A DNA stretch of 63,897 nucleotides, the filler included, from Octopus bimaculoides (lineage: Eukaryota): assembly GCF_001194135.2 (NCBI RefSeq). It is 8 parts of 7 records of this genome, joined end to end, with 100 filler letters (N's around TTAATTAATTAA, not from the genome) between each part and the next. Parts side by side here need not be neighbours in the genome. Positions count along the whole stretch, not along the records: positions 19,222 to 24,900 come from NC_068994.1; positions 25,001 to 36,167 come from NC_068983.1; positions 36,268 to 48,230 come from NC_068988.1; 5 more parts are not named here. One strand, written 5' to 3'. The translations under genes and the position numbers were made by a program. Positions 24,864 to 36,790 of this stretch are shown one piece after another. How positions within the stretch are numbered: position 1 is the stretch's first letter; each line of letters starts with the position of its first letter. The notes beneath the pieces are model-generated. The model made no database searches. It was not told where the DNA came from and was given only the letters and a program-made list of their open reading frames with translations.

Positions 24864-25000
24864 TGCATATTTTCCTGTGAGTGAAATAAAATTGAAGCGA
24901 NNNNNNNNNNNNNNNNNNNNNNNNNNNNNNNNNNNNNNNNNNNNTTAATTAATTAANNNNNNNNNNNNNNNNNNNNNNNNNNNNNNNNNNNNNNNNNNNN

Positions 25001-25240
25001 TTTGTATTTTGAAAGTTTTTCCATTTCTTTTAGGGAAACGTTGTCATCTGCTGGTATTGATACATCAATTAGAAAGCATTTTTTTTCTTCATGATCTTTG
25101 ACAACTATATCTGGTCTAATTGCCTTAATTTCTCTATCTGTGTGTATTGGCATATCCCAGAGTATGGTTGCTTTCTCGTTTTCTGTGACATTTTCTGGCG
25201 TGTGTTTATACCATCTTTTTTCTGTTGTTATTCCATAGTG
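25001..25240 (-). mobile_element. Restriction-like endonuclease domain of an R4/Dong-like LINE
   Basis: MPIHTDREIKAIRPDIVVKDHEEKKCFLIDVSIPADDNVSLKEMEKLSKYK shows the PD...D...K...KY pattern. Confidence 0.88.
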
Positions 25241-25244
25241 TTGG

Positions 25245-25325
<81 letters not shown>

Positions 25326-25669
25326 ATCTTTAAAAAAGCACAAATCTTGTATATACACCTACCCATGGTTTCCTGCTCAAAATAAAATTTATTCCGCCAT
25401 TATGTGTATATATAGATATATAGAGAGTACACTTTCTCATGGAGAATTCATCATCTCTGATGATACAACAGTACTAGACCTGTAAGAATCATATAACATT
25501 AACTAAAGTAATTTATCCCTACTCGTATTTTAATTACGTTTCCTTCTCTTTGTAATGAACTCTCTAAAGTTGAGATCATCAAGTGGTTCAAGGCTATCTG
25601 ATATATGTGATGCACTTATACATCACATTCTAAATTGTTACTGCTCTCTCTTATCGTGTGTGTGTGTGT

Positions 25670-25738
<69 letters not shown>

Positions 25739-25834
25739 AATGGATGTATGAAAAATGGAATATACCAGAAAGTTTATTGCTCACAACGATCGTTTCGACC
25801 CATCCTGCATCAATGTCTAGCGGGAGGAATACTG

Positions 25835-26830
25835 TACAACTGTTTGAAAATATCGTTGATCCTATATATATGGTTGTAGAATTGTGTAACCTGTTGAGGA
25901 CGGTGCATTTATAAATTACATTAGACCTTCTGCAACTGGCTTGTTGAGGGCAAATGATCCCAGGCGGCAGTTACATGGTAGTGCATTGTAGGGATTATTT
26001 TCAGAAACGGAGGAATTAATACTGTTTAAGGAGAGGTTAGAGATAGGGGTAGAGTGGTCTATGGTATTAACATTATTATTACTAATATTATTACTATTTG
26101 TATCGTTGTTATTATTTATCCTATCTGTAATTGTGGTGGAAGTCGGGGTATTAGTATTCTAGTTAGTGTTAGTAGGATTGGTTGGGTTTTCGTTATGGTC
26201 TAAAGTATAGGATTTGATACTTGAGGCATGTATATGTTGGGCGCTCGTGTATTCAAAGTTGTTACGGTGTCTATTTTGATGATAGAGAGAACGTTTTCGT
26301 CTATTAGAGGCTGTTATGAGAGACTCAAAGTTGGGAGGGGTGTAGTAGGATACCTTTAAAGTAGAACTATTAAAGATAAAGTCATATTTATGTTGACGCG
26401 GGAAGTTGGAGTCTAGTATATTAAAAAGGGACTTGGCAAAGTTCCTAACATTTAGTGAGAAGGGAGGTGTATACCATAGAATAGAGCGTCCATCATTTCT
26501 TTTTGGTTGCTTAGGGGTAGTATAATCTATATTTTTAGAAATTAGAGGGGGTTATATGGCTCGTAATTATTGGCTGTTTTAGCTTTGACCTAGTGTTATA
26601 TGTGTGCGTGTGGGGGTCTAAGTTGGGTTCTCCCGGGGTTCTAGTATGGTGTATATATATGGTCTACTGTGATTATGATGGTTAGCATGTCGTTGTGATA
26701 TGACTTGAGATATATGTTGCTTGAGCCTAGTATTAGAGGTATATTTTGTTTGTTGGGAGAAGCCGCTGGCAGCGAATGGCTGGTTGTTAAATGAGACGGA
26801 GTTATTGAATATTTCTTCAGTGGATGATAG
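25835..26830 (-). mobile_element. Penelope-like element (Naiad-type): RT thumb, linker and GIY-YIG
   Basis: RISDLSSTEEIFN...ASGF; ILWYTPPFSLNVRNFAKSLFNILDSNFPRQHKYDFIFNSSTLKVSY; CNCR...SNVIYKCTV...IYIGST. Confidence 0.85.
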
Positions 26831-27871
26831 GTCAGATATACGCATATATATANNNNNNNNNNNNNNNNNNNNNNNNNNNNNNNNNNNNNNNNNNNNNNNN
26901 NNNNNNNNNNNNNNNNNNNNNNNNNNNNNNNNNNNNNNNNNNNNNNNNNNNNNNNNNNNNNNNNNNNNNNNNNNNNNNNNNNNNNNNNNNNNNNNNNNNN
27001 NNNNNNNNNNNNNNNNNNNNNNNNNNNNNNNNNNNNNNNNNNNNNNNNNNNNNNNNNNNNNNNNNNNNNNNNNNNNNNNNNNNNNNNNNNNNNNNNNNNN
27101 NNNNNNNNNNNNNNNNNNNNNNNNNNNNNNNNNNNNNNNNNNNNNNNNNNNNNNNNNNNNNNNNNNNNNNNNNNNNNNNNNNNNNNNNNNNNNNNNNNNN
27201 NNNNNNNNNNNNNNNNNNNNNNNNNNNNNNNNNNNNNNNNNNNNNNNNNNNNNNNNNNNNNNNNNNNNNNNNNNNNNNNNNNNNNNNNNNNNNNNNNNNN
27301 NNNNNNNNNNNNNNNNNNNNNNNNNNNNNNNNNNNNNNNNNNNNNNNNNNNNNNNNNNNNNNNNNNNNNNNNNNNNNNNNNNNNNNNNNNNNNNNNNNNN
27401 NNNNNNNNNNNNNNNNNNNNNNNNNNNNNNNNNNNNNNNNNNNNNNNNNNNNNNNNNNNNNNNNNNNNNNNNNNNNNNNNNNNNNNNNNNNNNNNNNNNN
27501 NNNNNNNNNNNNNNNNNNNNNNNNNNNNNNNNNNNNNNNNNNNNNNNNNNNNNNNNNNNNNNNNNNNNNNNNNNNNNNNNNNNNNNNNNNNNNNNNNNNN
27601 NNNNNNNNNNNNNNNNNNNNNNNNNNNNNNNNTATATATAAGGAATATGAGGGGTTTAGTTCACTGATGAACGTAAGTGCTATAATTAGTCATCCGTTAG
27701 GTTCCAAGTTCACAGCTCAGGCTGGAGCTAGGGATCCGTAGTAGGCTTCCGAGTTAACAGGTATATATTAAAAGAAAAGAAAAGTAAAACCAAAGCAGGA
27801 CGAGTATCTCAGGTCATTTAGAATATTTAATTAGAGTAAGGTAAATCAAAAATGAAGTTGAAATAATTAAT

Positions 27872-27947
27872 GTCTTACAGTTGTTTCTGGTATATCCCAG
27901 GTAATGGGTCAACACCCCCATACACTGGGTATTCCATCATCAGAGAC
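27872..27947 (-). ncRNA. Type I hammerhead ribozyme with intact core and extended stem II
   Basis: Minus strand: GTCT-CTGATGA-TGGAATACCCAG...CTGGGATATACCA-GAAAC-AACT-GTA-AGAC. Confidence 0.75.
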
Positions 27948-28447
27948 AAGGTGTGTATGCAGGAAAGTTCCATACAGAGAATTCACAGTATATAGAAGAA
28001 TAAAACAGCAGATAGAAGAATAAAGTTCACAGTCCATCTTTTCCTGGAGGGTGTGACGCTTAGTCCGTACTTCTGTACGGACTAAGCGCCACATCCTCTG
28101 TAGAGGGTACTTCTGTAGAGGTATAGCCCTGGAAGTACTCCACAGAAGGCATATAAATTAGTAGTATAAGATATGAATTTAGAGCATCATACGGCTATCA
28201 CAGTAAGCTCCTCGCACGGACTCGGCTATCAGTCTGTGCAGTAATCAATTATAAAGTAAAGTGTCCATGTAACTGAAAAACCAGAGAATCTGAGCGATAA
28301 AGTCATATTTTGAGGAGTATATAAAAACAGAAAATCAGGTAGTATGAGATTTATTTAACTACGTAACATCCATGGGTTTATCTAAAAGGCCTGCTTTGGT
28401 AGTAGTAGACAAAGGATAGAAAGTAGTAGGAGGCCTGATTTAATAGT

Positions 28448-28670
28448 ACTCTTTACTCTCTCCGTACTCTTTTACTTGTTTCAGTCATTTGACTGTGGCC
28501 ATGCTGGAGCACCGCCTTTAGTCGAGCAAATCGACCCCAGGACTTATTCTTTGTAAGCCTAGTAGTACTTATTCTATCAGTCTCTTTTGCCGACCCGCTA
28601 AGTTATGGGGACGTAAACACACCAGCATCGGTTGTCAAGCGATGTTGGTGGGGGGACAAACCCAGACACT
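28448..28670 (+). mobile_element. Interspersed repeat (SINE-like)
   Basis: Reverse copy at about 47305-47510 (gtcgagcaaatcgaccccaggacttatt). Confidence 0.75.
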
Positions 28671-28687
28671 CAAACATATACACACAA

Positions 28688-28722
<35 letters not shown>

Positions 28723-29293
28723 CNNNNNNNNNNNNNNNNNNNNNNNNNNNNNNNNNNNNNNNNNNNNNNNNNNNNNNNNNNNNNNNNNNNNNNNNNNNNN
28801 NNNNNNNNNNNNNNNNNNNNNNNNNNNNNNNNNNNNNNNNNNNNNNNNNNNNNNNNNNNNNNNNNNNNNNNNNNNNNNNNNNNNNNNNNNNNNNNNNNNN
28901 NNNNNNNNNNNNNNNNNNNNNNNNNNNNNNNNNNNNNNNNNNNNNNNNNNNNNNNNNNNNNNNNNNNNNNNNNNNNNNNNNNNNNNNNNNNNNNNNNNNN
29001 NNNNNNNNNNNNNNNNNNNNNNNNNNNNNNNNNNNNNNNNNNNNNNNNNNNNNNNNNNNNNNNNNNNNNNNNNNNNNNNNNNNNNNNNNNNNNNNNNNNN
29101 NNNNNNNNNNNNNNNNNNNNNNNNNNNNNNNNNNNNNNNNNNNNNNNNNNNNNNNNNNNNNNNNNNNNNNNNNNNNNNNNNNNNNNNNNNNNNNNNNNNN
29201 NNNNNNNNNNNNNNNNNNNNNNNNNNNNNNNNNNNNNNNNNNNNNNNNNNNNNNNNNNNNNNNNNNNNNNNNNNNNNNNNNNNNNNNNNNNNN

Positions 29294-29364
<71 letters not shown>

Positions 29365-29830
29365 TAATAATAATAATGCTTTCTTCATCTGTCACAAAGG
29401 CCGCACACGAAGCAGAAAGAGACACTACAAGACAAAGGACAAGTGGGGCTTAGCACAAAACTTCGTGCATAAAATTAAAATAAGAACCGTTAACTATAAA
29501 GATTCAACAATAAATGCCCCAAAATGAGGGTAGGGGTTCCATCCAGGAACAATTAAGGAACCCCACATATCCTGATTAGCCCGACCGCCAAGGGAACCTC
29601 ACCAGGTGCCTATCTCCTCAGCTCAACCGGCTTACAAGTATATATTCACGCAGGCCATCCTCGCCACATTTATCCACCTTTCAGCAAAAATACTGCCGGG
29701 AGCAGTACTTCCTTCTCCACCCTCACTTCCCCTTTTCAAGTAGAACTTGAAAAAGTCAATGATGCTTCGCCTCCTTCGCCATCACCACCAGACAGAGAAA
29801 AAAAATCCTTCCCTGCCCGGCCAAAAGAAG
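29294..29830 (-). mobile_element. L1/Tx1-like LINE 3' end with (TTA)n tail
   Basis: Minus peptide SIIDFFKFYLKR/VRVEKEVL resembles L1/Tx1 ORF2 C-termini as I recall them; followed by a UTR and a TTA tail. Confidence 0.5.
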
Positions 29831-30326
29831 GCGGTAGGGTGATCTTCGATATTCTTCCTTCGTGCTATGAAGGTCATCAATTCTTTGTTGGCTCTCCTCA
29901 CAAGCAAGAATTTTTGTGTTTATGTGGTTGGTTGTTGTTGTTGTTGGGGTGTTTTCTTCTTGTAGGTTTTTGCAGTTGTGGTCGTGTTGGTGGAACTGGT
30001 TGTGATAGCGGTAGATGCGTTCACGATTGCGATGCAGGAGTTGTTGGTGCAGTAGGTGTATTTGTAGCTATTGTGGGTGTTTTTTTCTATGTTTTTTTTG
30101 TGTGTGTGTATATGTATGTGCGTGTGTATGATGTTGGTGCGGGGCATGATGTTTTATGGTTTTCTTTTTTTTTTGTTTTTTGTTTTTGTTTTGGGGATTC
30201 GCACTAATCTTCACTGCGTGCTGCAGGTGAATCCGTGCCTGTGGAATCGAGGTGTGACTCTGTGAATGTATTTGAGTTTGGAGCAGACGAAGAGAGGGTG
30301 GGATTGGGAGAGCTTTGTTGCAAGAG

Positions 30327-30465
30327 TTCAAATCCCGCCAAGGTTCACTTTGTTTTTCTTCCTTTCGAGGTCGATAAAATAAGTACCAGCGGGGCACTGG
30401 AGTCGATGTAATCGATTTACTCCCAATCCCGAACTTGCTTCGCCTTGTGCCAAAATTTGAAGCCA
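30327..30465 (+). mobile_element. 5783-type SINE, partial
   Basis: B box gagttcaaatccc plus core. Confidence 0.75.
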
Positions 30466-30564
30466 ATGAATATACATACGCACACACACACACACACACA
30501 CACGCATATACACACACGCACACACACAGTTCCTTGATATATCGCGATGTCTCAGTACAAAGTC

Positions 30565-30821
30565 GACATCTCTATCTATCTATCTATCTTATTTCTTTAT
30601 TGCCCACAAGGGGCTAAACATAGAGGGGACAAACAAGGACAGGCAGAGAGATTAAGTCGATTACATCGACCCAGTACGTAACTGGTACTTAATTTATCAA
30701 CACCGAAAGGATGAAAGGCGAAGTCGACTTCGGGGGAATTTGAACTCAGAACGTAGCGGCAGACGAAATACCGTTAAGAATTTCGCCCGGCGTGCTAACA
30801 TTTCTGCCAGCTCACCGCCTT
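30565..30821 (-). mobile_element. 5783-type tRNA SINE, near full length, with (AGAT)n tail
   Basis: Reverse complement of 5783-5936 extended to its tail. Confidence 0.85.
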
Positions 30822-31989
30822 TAAAAGTCGACATTTCTGGAATATTTGTCGTTATAATTCACCAACAGCAATTGCAGTCATTGTCGTGGTGGTGGTGGCA
30901 ATAGCAGAATTTTGTTAATGGCGATTGCCGTTGCGGTAAATGCGTGATAAGTGCAATGGTGTAACAGATCAAGATGACAGAGGAGAGCGTTTCAAGTTAC
31001 AAATGATCGTCTTCCTAAGGAAGAAGCCTTTAAGTACTCCTATCTGAAGTGACGGGTCTCTAAAACATATCAGATTTGTAGTGGTAAATATTGAGGGAAA
31101 TGGTGAGAGTAATAAAGGTGACAGTAGTAGCGCAGTATAGTGAAAGCGGAGGCGGCGATGGTGGTGGTGGTGGTGGTGGTGTCTGTTGATTGTATTAATG
31201 GTTGTGATAGCAAAGTAGTGTTGGTAAAAACAGCGTGGCAGTGGTGGTGGGTATGGTGATGGTAATAATCTTTTCTACTTATAAGCAAAAGGCATCAAAT
31301 TTTGAGTTGATGGGTGGGGGTGGAGTTAGACCAGTGTTCGATTAGTCCTTCTATAANNNNNNNNNNNNNNNNNNNNNNNNNNNNNNNNNNNNNNNNNNNN
31401 NNNNNNNNNNNNNNNNNNNNNNNNNNNNNNNNNNNNNNNNNNNNNNNNNNNNNNNNNNNNNNNNNNNNNNNNNNNNNNNNNNNNNNNNNNNNNNNNNNNN
31501 NNNNNNNNNNNNNNNNNNNNNNNNNNNNNNNNNNNNNNNNNNNNNNNNNNNNNNNNNNNNNNNNNNNNNNNNNNNNNNNNNNNNNNNNNNNNNNNNNNNN
31601 NNNNNNNNNNNNNNNNNNNNNNNNNNNNNNNNNNNNNNNNNNNNNNNNNNNNNNNNNNNNNNNNNNNNNNNNNNNNNNNNNNNNNNNNNNNNNNNNNNNN
31701 NNNNNNNNNNNNNNNNNNNNNNNNNNNNNNNNNNNNNNNNNNNNNNNNNNNNNNNNNNNNNNNNNNNNNNNNNNNNNNNNNNNNNNNNNNNNNNNNNNNN
31801 NNNNNNNNNNNNNNNNNNNNNNNNNNNNNNNNNNNNNNNNNNNNNNNNNNNNNNNNNNNNNNNNNNNNNNNNNNNNNNNNNNNNNNNNNNNNNNNNNNNN
31901 NNNNNNNNNNNNNNNNNNNNNNNNNNNNNNNNNNNNNNNNNNNNNNNNNNNNNNNNNNNNGATTACCTCGAGCCTAATACCCAAATGTG

Positions 31990-32437
31990 GAAGCGCAATG
32001 GCCCAGTGGTTAGGGTAGCGGACTCGCGGTCATAGGATCGCGGTTTCGATTCCCAGACCGGGCGTTGTGAGTGTTTATTGAGCGAAAACACTTAAAGCTC
32101 CACGAGGCTCCGGCAGGGGATGGTGGCGAAACCTGCTGTACTCCTTCACCACAACTTTCTCTCACTCTTACTTTCTGTTGTAACTGTATTTCAAAGGGCC
32201 AGCCTTGTCACACTGTGTCACGCTGAATATCCCCGAGAACTACGTTAAGGGTACACGTGTCTGTGGAGTGCTCAGCCACTTGCACGTTAATTTCACGAGC
32301 AGGCTGTTCCGTTGATCGGATCAACTGGAACCCTCAACGTCTTAAGCGNNNNNNNNNNTAATTTCACGAGCAGGCTGTTCCGTTGATCGGATCAACTGGA
32401 ACCCTCAACGTCTTAAGCGATGGAGTGCCAACAACAA
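31990..32437 (+). mobile_element. 17512-type tRNA SINE; 3' part duplicated across a small gap
   Basis: Sequence match; about 60 bp repeated on both sides of the Ns at 32349-32358. Confidence 0.88.
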
Positions 32438-32659
32438 TACCCAAATAGTTCTGGATCTTTTGTTTCGTTTTCACCTTTCACTTCCTTCCATTTTATTTCA
32501 ATTAATTTCAAATTTGGTGTATTGATATAGTTTGGTATGCTAATTATAATTAGCAGCGGTTTCCATGCTCGCCGCGGCGCTCTCCTATTCGATCAAGCAT
32601 AGACTAATTGCCTCGCCGTGTTGCGTTTTTGAACAAGGCACTTTATTTCGCGTTGCTCC

Positions 32660-33098
32660 AGTTCACTCAGCTCTAGGAATGAGTTGCGACGTCACTGGTG
32701 CCAAGCTGTATCAGCCTTTGCTTTTTTCGTGGATAACATCGGTGGCTTGGAGAGGGGAGGTTGAAATTCCACTTTCTCACCGCAGTCGAAATCTCAAAAG
32801 GGGAGATGTTGTGATGAGAGTTACGACGGAACAATCGGCTCGTGAAATTAACGTGAAAGTGGCTGAGTACTCCACAGACACACGTACCCTTAACGTAGTT
32901 CTCAGGGAGATTCAGCGTGACAGAGTGTGACAAGGTTGCCTCTTTGAAACACAGGTACTACTCATGTTTGCCAGGTGAATGGACTGGAGCAACATGAAAT
33001 AAAGCGTCTTGCTCAATGACACCACATGCCGCCGGGAATCGAACTCACGACCATACGATCATGAACCGAAAACCTTAACCACTAAAGCACACGCCTTC
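32660..33098 (-). mobile_element. Composite SINE modules
   Basis: tRNA-like head near 33098; modules shared with 17700-17850 and 5640-5700. Confidence 0.7.
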
Positions 33099-33949
33099 AC
33101 ACACACACACACACACACACATATATAGATGTATGTATGTATGTTTGTTTGTATGTATGTTTGTTTGTATACATATTGCCGAATTTGTGTAAATGTTGAA
33201 TAACATTAAAATATCATCTGGTTGTGTGTATGTATATTTATTCAATTTATATATGTCTATATAAATATGCGTGTGTGTATGTATATGTATATATGTTGTA
33301 TGTGTGTGTATGTATGTGTGTGTGTATGTGTGTGTGCGTGTGTGTGTGTATGTGTGTGTGTGTGTATACCCGCATTAATATATCACGTTGTAATGCATAT
33401 GCGCATGATGTGCGCATGAGTGTGTATGCGCCCGGTGTTTGTGATACACGTTAATAAATATAACGTACAGCATACGAAGCGTGTGTGTGTAGGTTTGTAG
33501 ATACATGAGCGGTTTGTTCTTCATAAGACTTACCGCGTTCACGTCAATGTTTCCAAGCTAGCCTTTGACTTAATATGCGGTGTACTGAAGTTCTTTCTGT
33601 TCAGGTAGGAGGACACATTCTCTGATAACCAAAGCAGTAACCTCTCTGCCGTTAGTCACCTATCTCCAACTTAATAGAGAGTCACAAAGGAAGAATAAAG
33701 GAGCGAAAAGCGAGCACAGAAAGGTTAGAAGGATAGGAAGGAAGCAGAGAAGGAATTAAAGGGGGAAAAAACAAAAGACACGTTCGTTTAAATTATCGTT
33801 TCAACCTCGTTATCATCTCAGATAAGGCAAACTGACTACTAACTTCACTGCGAAGCGGCTACGTGTAAAGGTCTTTGAAACTGGTCTGGTTGCAAAATAA
33901 AGCTAGGGAAGGTAGTCTATTTGGGTACCTGCACATACGTGTGTGTGCG

Positions 33950-33989
<40 letters not shown>

Positions 33990-34038
33990 CTATGTAATTG
34001 TGTGTATATATATGTACCTATGTATTTGTGTGTGTGTG

Positions 34039-34084
<46 letters not shown>

Positions 34085-34297
34085 CCTATGTATTTGTATG
34101 TGTATATATGTACCTNNNNNNNNNNNNNNNNNNNNNNNNNNNNNNNNNNNNNNNNNNNNNNNNNNNNNNNNNNNNNNNNNNNNNNNNNNNNNNNNNNNNN
34201 NNNNNNNNNNNNNNNNNNNNNNNNATAGACAGACAGATAGACAAATAGACAGACAGACAGAAAGAGAGAAAGAGTGAGATAGATCGATCGATCGATC

Positions 34298-34336
<39 letters not shown>

Positions 34337-34621
34337 GGCTACATACATACATACATACATACATACATACATACATACATACATAGAGAGACTGACACTT
34401 GTTATGCAGTAAGAAGCTTGCTTCCCAATTACATGGTTCCGGGTTCAGTCCCACTGCGTAGCACATTGGGCAAGTGTCTCCTACTATAGCCTCGCGCCGA
34501 CCAAAGCTTTGTCAGTGGATTTGGTAGACGGAAGTGCTGTAGATAGGCCATAGTTAAGCTCCAGATTCGGTGATTATACGAATAAGGGGTCCAACGTAGG
34601 TCATATATCAGCGTGTGAATA

Positions 34622-35036
34622 TAAGGATTTACTTTTCGTTATGAGATAAAAAAAAAAAAACCAAGAATGTGTACATTATAGAACATTTATAAATAGATGG
34701 TCTTACAGCTGTTTCCAGGATATTTATTATATCCCTTCATCGGAAACGGTGTGAGAGGATGGTTAAACAATAGTTAGTTTAAGATTGTCTTTAAGATTGG
34801 AATCATATATATACCATTCTGCCTAAACAATGGATTTACAAATACATTATCCCTACATTCACTCTCTATTTCCTATCTTATCTAAACTAACTATTGCTTA
34901 ACCATCCTCTCACACCGTTTTCGATGAAAGGATACAATAATTATCCTGGAAACAGCTGTAAAACCTTCTATGTATAAATGTTCTATAATGTACACAGCCT
35001 TGGTTTTTTTCACTCATTATGAAAAGTAAATCCTTA
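34622..35036. repeat. Inverted repeat (about 155-bp arms), each arm carrying a hammerhead-like motif
   Basis: Arms 34622-34781 and 34884-35036; motifs at 34700-34747 (-) and 34917-34964 (+). Confidence 0.85.
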
Positions 35037-35064
35037 TGTGTGTGTGTGTGCAAAACAAAGATAC

Positions 35065-35368
35065 GACGACAAGAGTTCCAGTTGGTCCGATCAACGGAAC
35101 AGCCTACTAGACAAATTAACATGCAAGTAACTGACCATTCAGCAAAAACGTGTGATCTTAACGTAGTTCTCAGAGAGATTCAGAATAGCACAGAATGTGT
35201 GACAAGGCTGGCCCTTTGAATTATGGTACAACTCATTACTGCCAGCTGAGTGGATTAGAAAAATGAGAAATAAAGTGTCTTGCTCAGAGATACGACGCGC
35301 CGCCAGGAATCGAACTCACGACCTTACGATTGTATGCTGAATACCCTAACCACTAAACCACGTGCTTC
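35065..35368 (-). mobile_element. tRNA-derived SINE
   Basis: Minus-strand head gtggttagggtattcagc...gagttcgattcc; body shared with the 17512 family. Confidence 0.75.
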
Positions 35369-36058
35369 ACATATGTATATTGGTTCTACTTTGGCGTGTG
35401 ATCTACAAGGGAGATTACTTCGAGTTACTTTCTAAATTATTCTGTACATACTTAGCATTGTAAATGTATTTTTTCCAAATTCTTACTATTTTGAAAATAA
35501 GAAAACCATATAATAATTAAGTAAATTTACTCACGTAGATCACACGGAAAGTAGCACTAACACAAAGTAAACTAAAAATTAACCTAAAGTAGTCTCCCTT
35601 TAAATTGTAGATCACATGGCAAAGTGGCACGTTTCTTTTTCTTAAGAAATGACGTGAATTTAGTGCTGGTTTCTTGTAAAAATGCAGCTGCCCTTCGTCT
35701 CGTGGCTGATCGCATTGCAAAAATCTTATCACAATATAGTTTAATTTATTAGTTCATAGAATTTAACATAAGAGAGTCAACTTAAAATTATTTACTTTCT
35801 CTTTCTTTTCTATGTATGTAGTTTTTTTTTCTGTATATTTTTTGCAAAATATTTTTCTAACAAGTTAATAATTTCTTGCACAAACAAAAGGCCATAATTT
35901 TGTAGCTTTGTGTGTGTGTTAGAGAAATATTGATTACAAGATAAATATTGATTATAACGACCTCGCAACTGGTACTTAATTTATCGACCCCAAAAGGAGG
36001 AAAAGCAAAGTCGACCTCGGCGGAATTTGAACTCAGAAAAAAGTGACATGTAATGCCA

Positions 36059-36167
36059 TCTATATATATAAAAATGAGAATGTGTGTCTGTCTGTCTGTT
36101 TGTGTGAATCCCTAAAACTCGAGAACTACGCAACCAATTTCATTCAAATTTTACACATGCCTTACTT
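36059..36167 (+). mobile_element. Probable Helitron-type non-autonomous element 5' end, cut by a gap
   Basis: A|TCTATATATATAAAAATGAGAATGTGTGTCTGTCTGTCTG start. Confidence 0.5.
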
Positions 36168-36269
36168 NNNNNNNNNNNNNNNNNNNNNNNNNNNNNNNNN
36201 NNNNNNNNNNNTTAATTAATTAANNNNNNNNNNNNNNNNNNNNNNNNNNNNNNNNNNNNNNNNNNNNTA

Positions 36270-36790
36270 TATATATATAGTTGCAATTTACAGAAAAACA
36301 AAAGACGAAGATAGGTGCATGAAAAACAAGTAGGTGTAATAAGTTTAACATTAAGGATAGGGAAAAAGCCTTTTACGTTTCGACTCTACGCTCTTCAACA
36401 GAAATTAATAAGAGGAAAGGAAAAAAAAGAGAATGAAATAGAAGCTTGTAGATTTGGCAGTCAAACATGGCGATTGATTAGAAGAAAATGGGTTTCACAG
36501 GAGAGGTTGAAAGAAGAGCAAATAATAAAATATTTGTGATCCCAAAACGAATGGGCGCGTGCGTATGTGTGTGGATAGGGACAACTGCCTTTGACTGTGT
36601 GTAAGTGTGCATGTGTAACTGTGTGCGTCTGTAACATGTGGGAGTGTGGGTGATGTTGTCTGTGTGTGCGGATGATGGTTTGCGGCGAGAAAATGAAAAC
36701 CTTATTACGGCGAAGCCGGGAGTCCGGAAGACCCCTGTGAGAAGACTGTCCGAACACAAACAAGTATTGTAGTGAATGACCGTTAGAGCG
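36270..36790 (-). mobile_element. PLE 3' remnant: GIY-YIG C-terminus plus pLTR with HHR-like motif
   Basis: NGHSLQYLFVFGQ...DSRLRRNK; motif at 36370-36405 reads TTT-CTGTTGA-A-GAGC-GTA-GAGTC-GAAAC-GTA-AAAG. Confidence 0.6.

Noticed and set aside
25780-25820. GAAAC-GATC-GTT half-motif downstream of the Naiad fragment
   Set aside because: The CUGANGA box and stem II are too degenerate to call a ribozyme.
26721-29453. Long ORFs in the track made of X runs (also near 8427, 14299, 22010, 31295, 37045, 46503 and 50082)
   Set aside because: They are translations of N gaps and microsatellites.
32278-32418. Direct repeat within the SINE
   Set aside because: It straddles a 10-N gap and is most likely an unmerged contig overlap.
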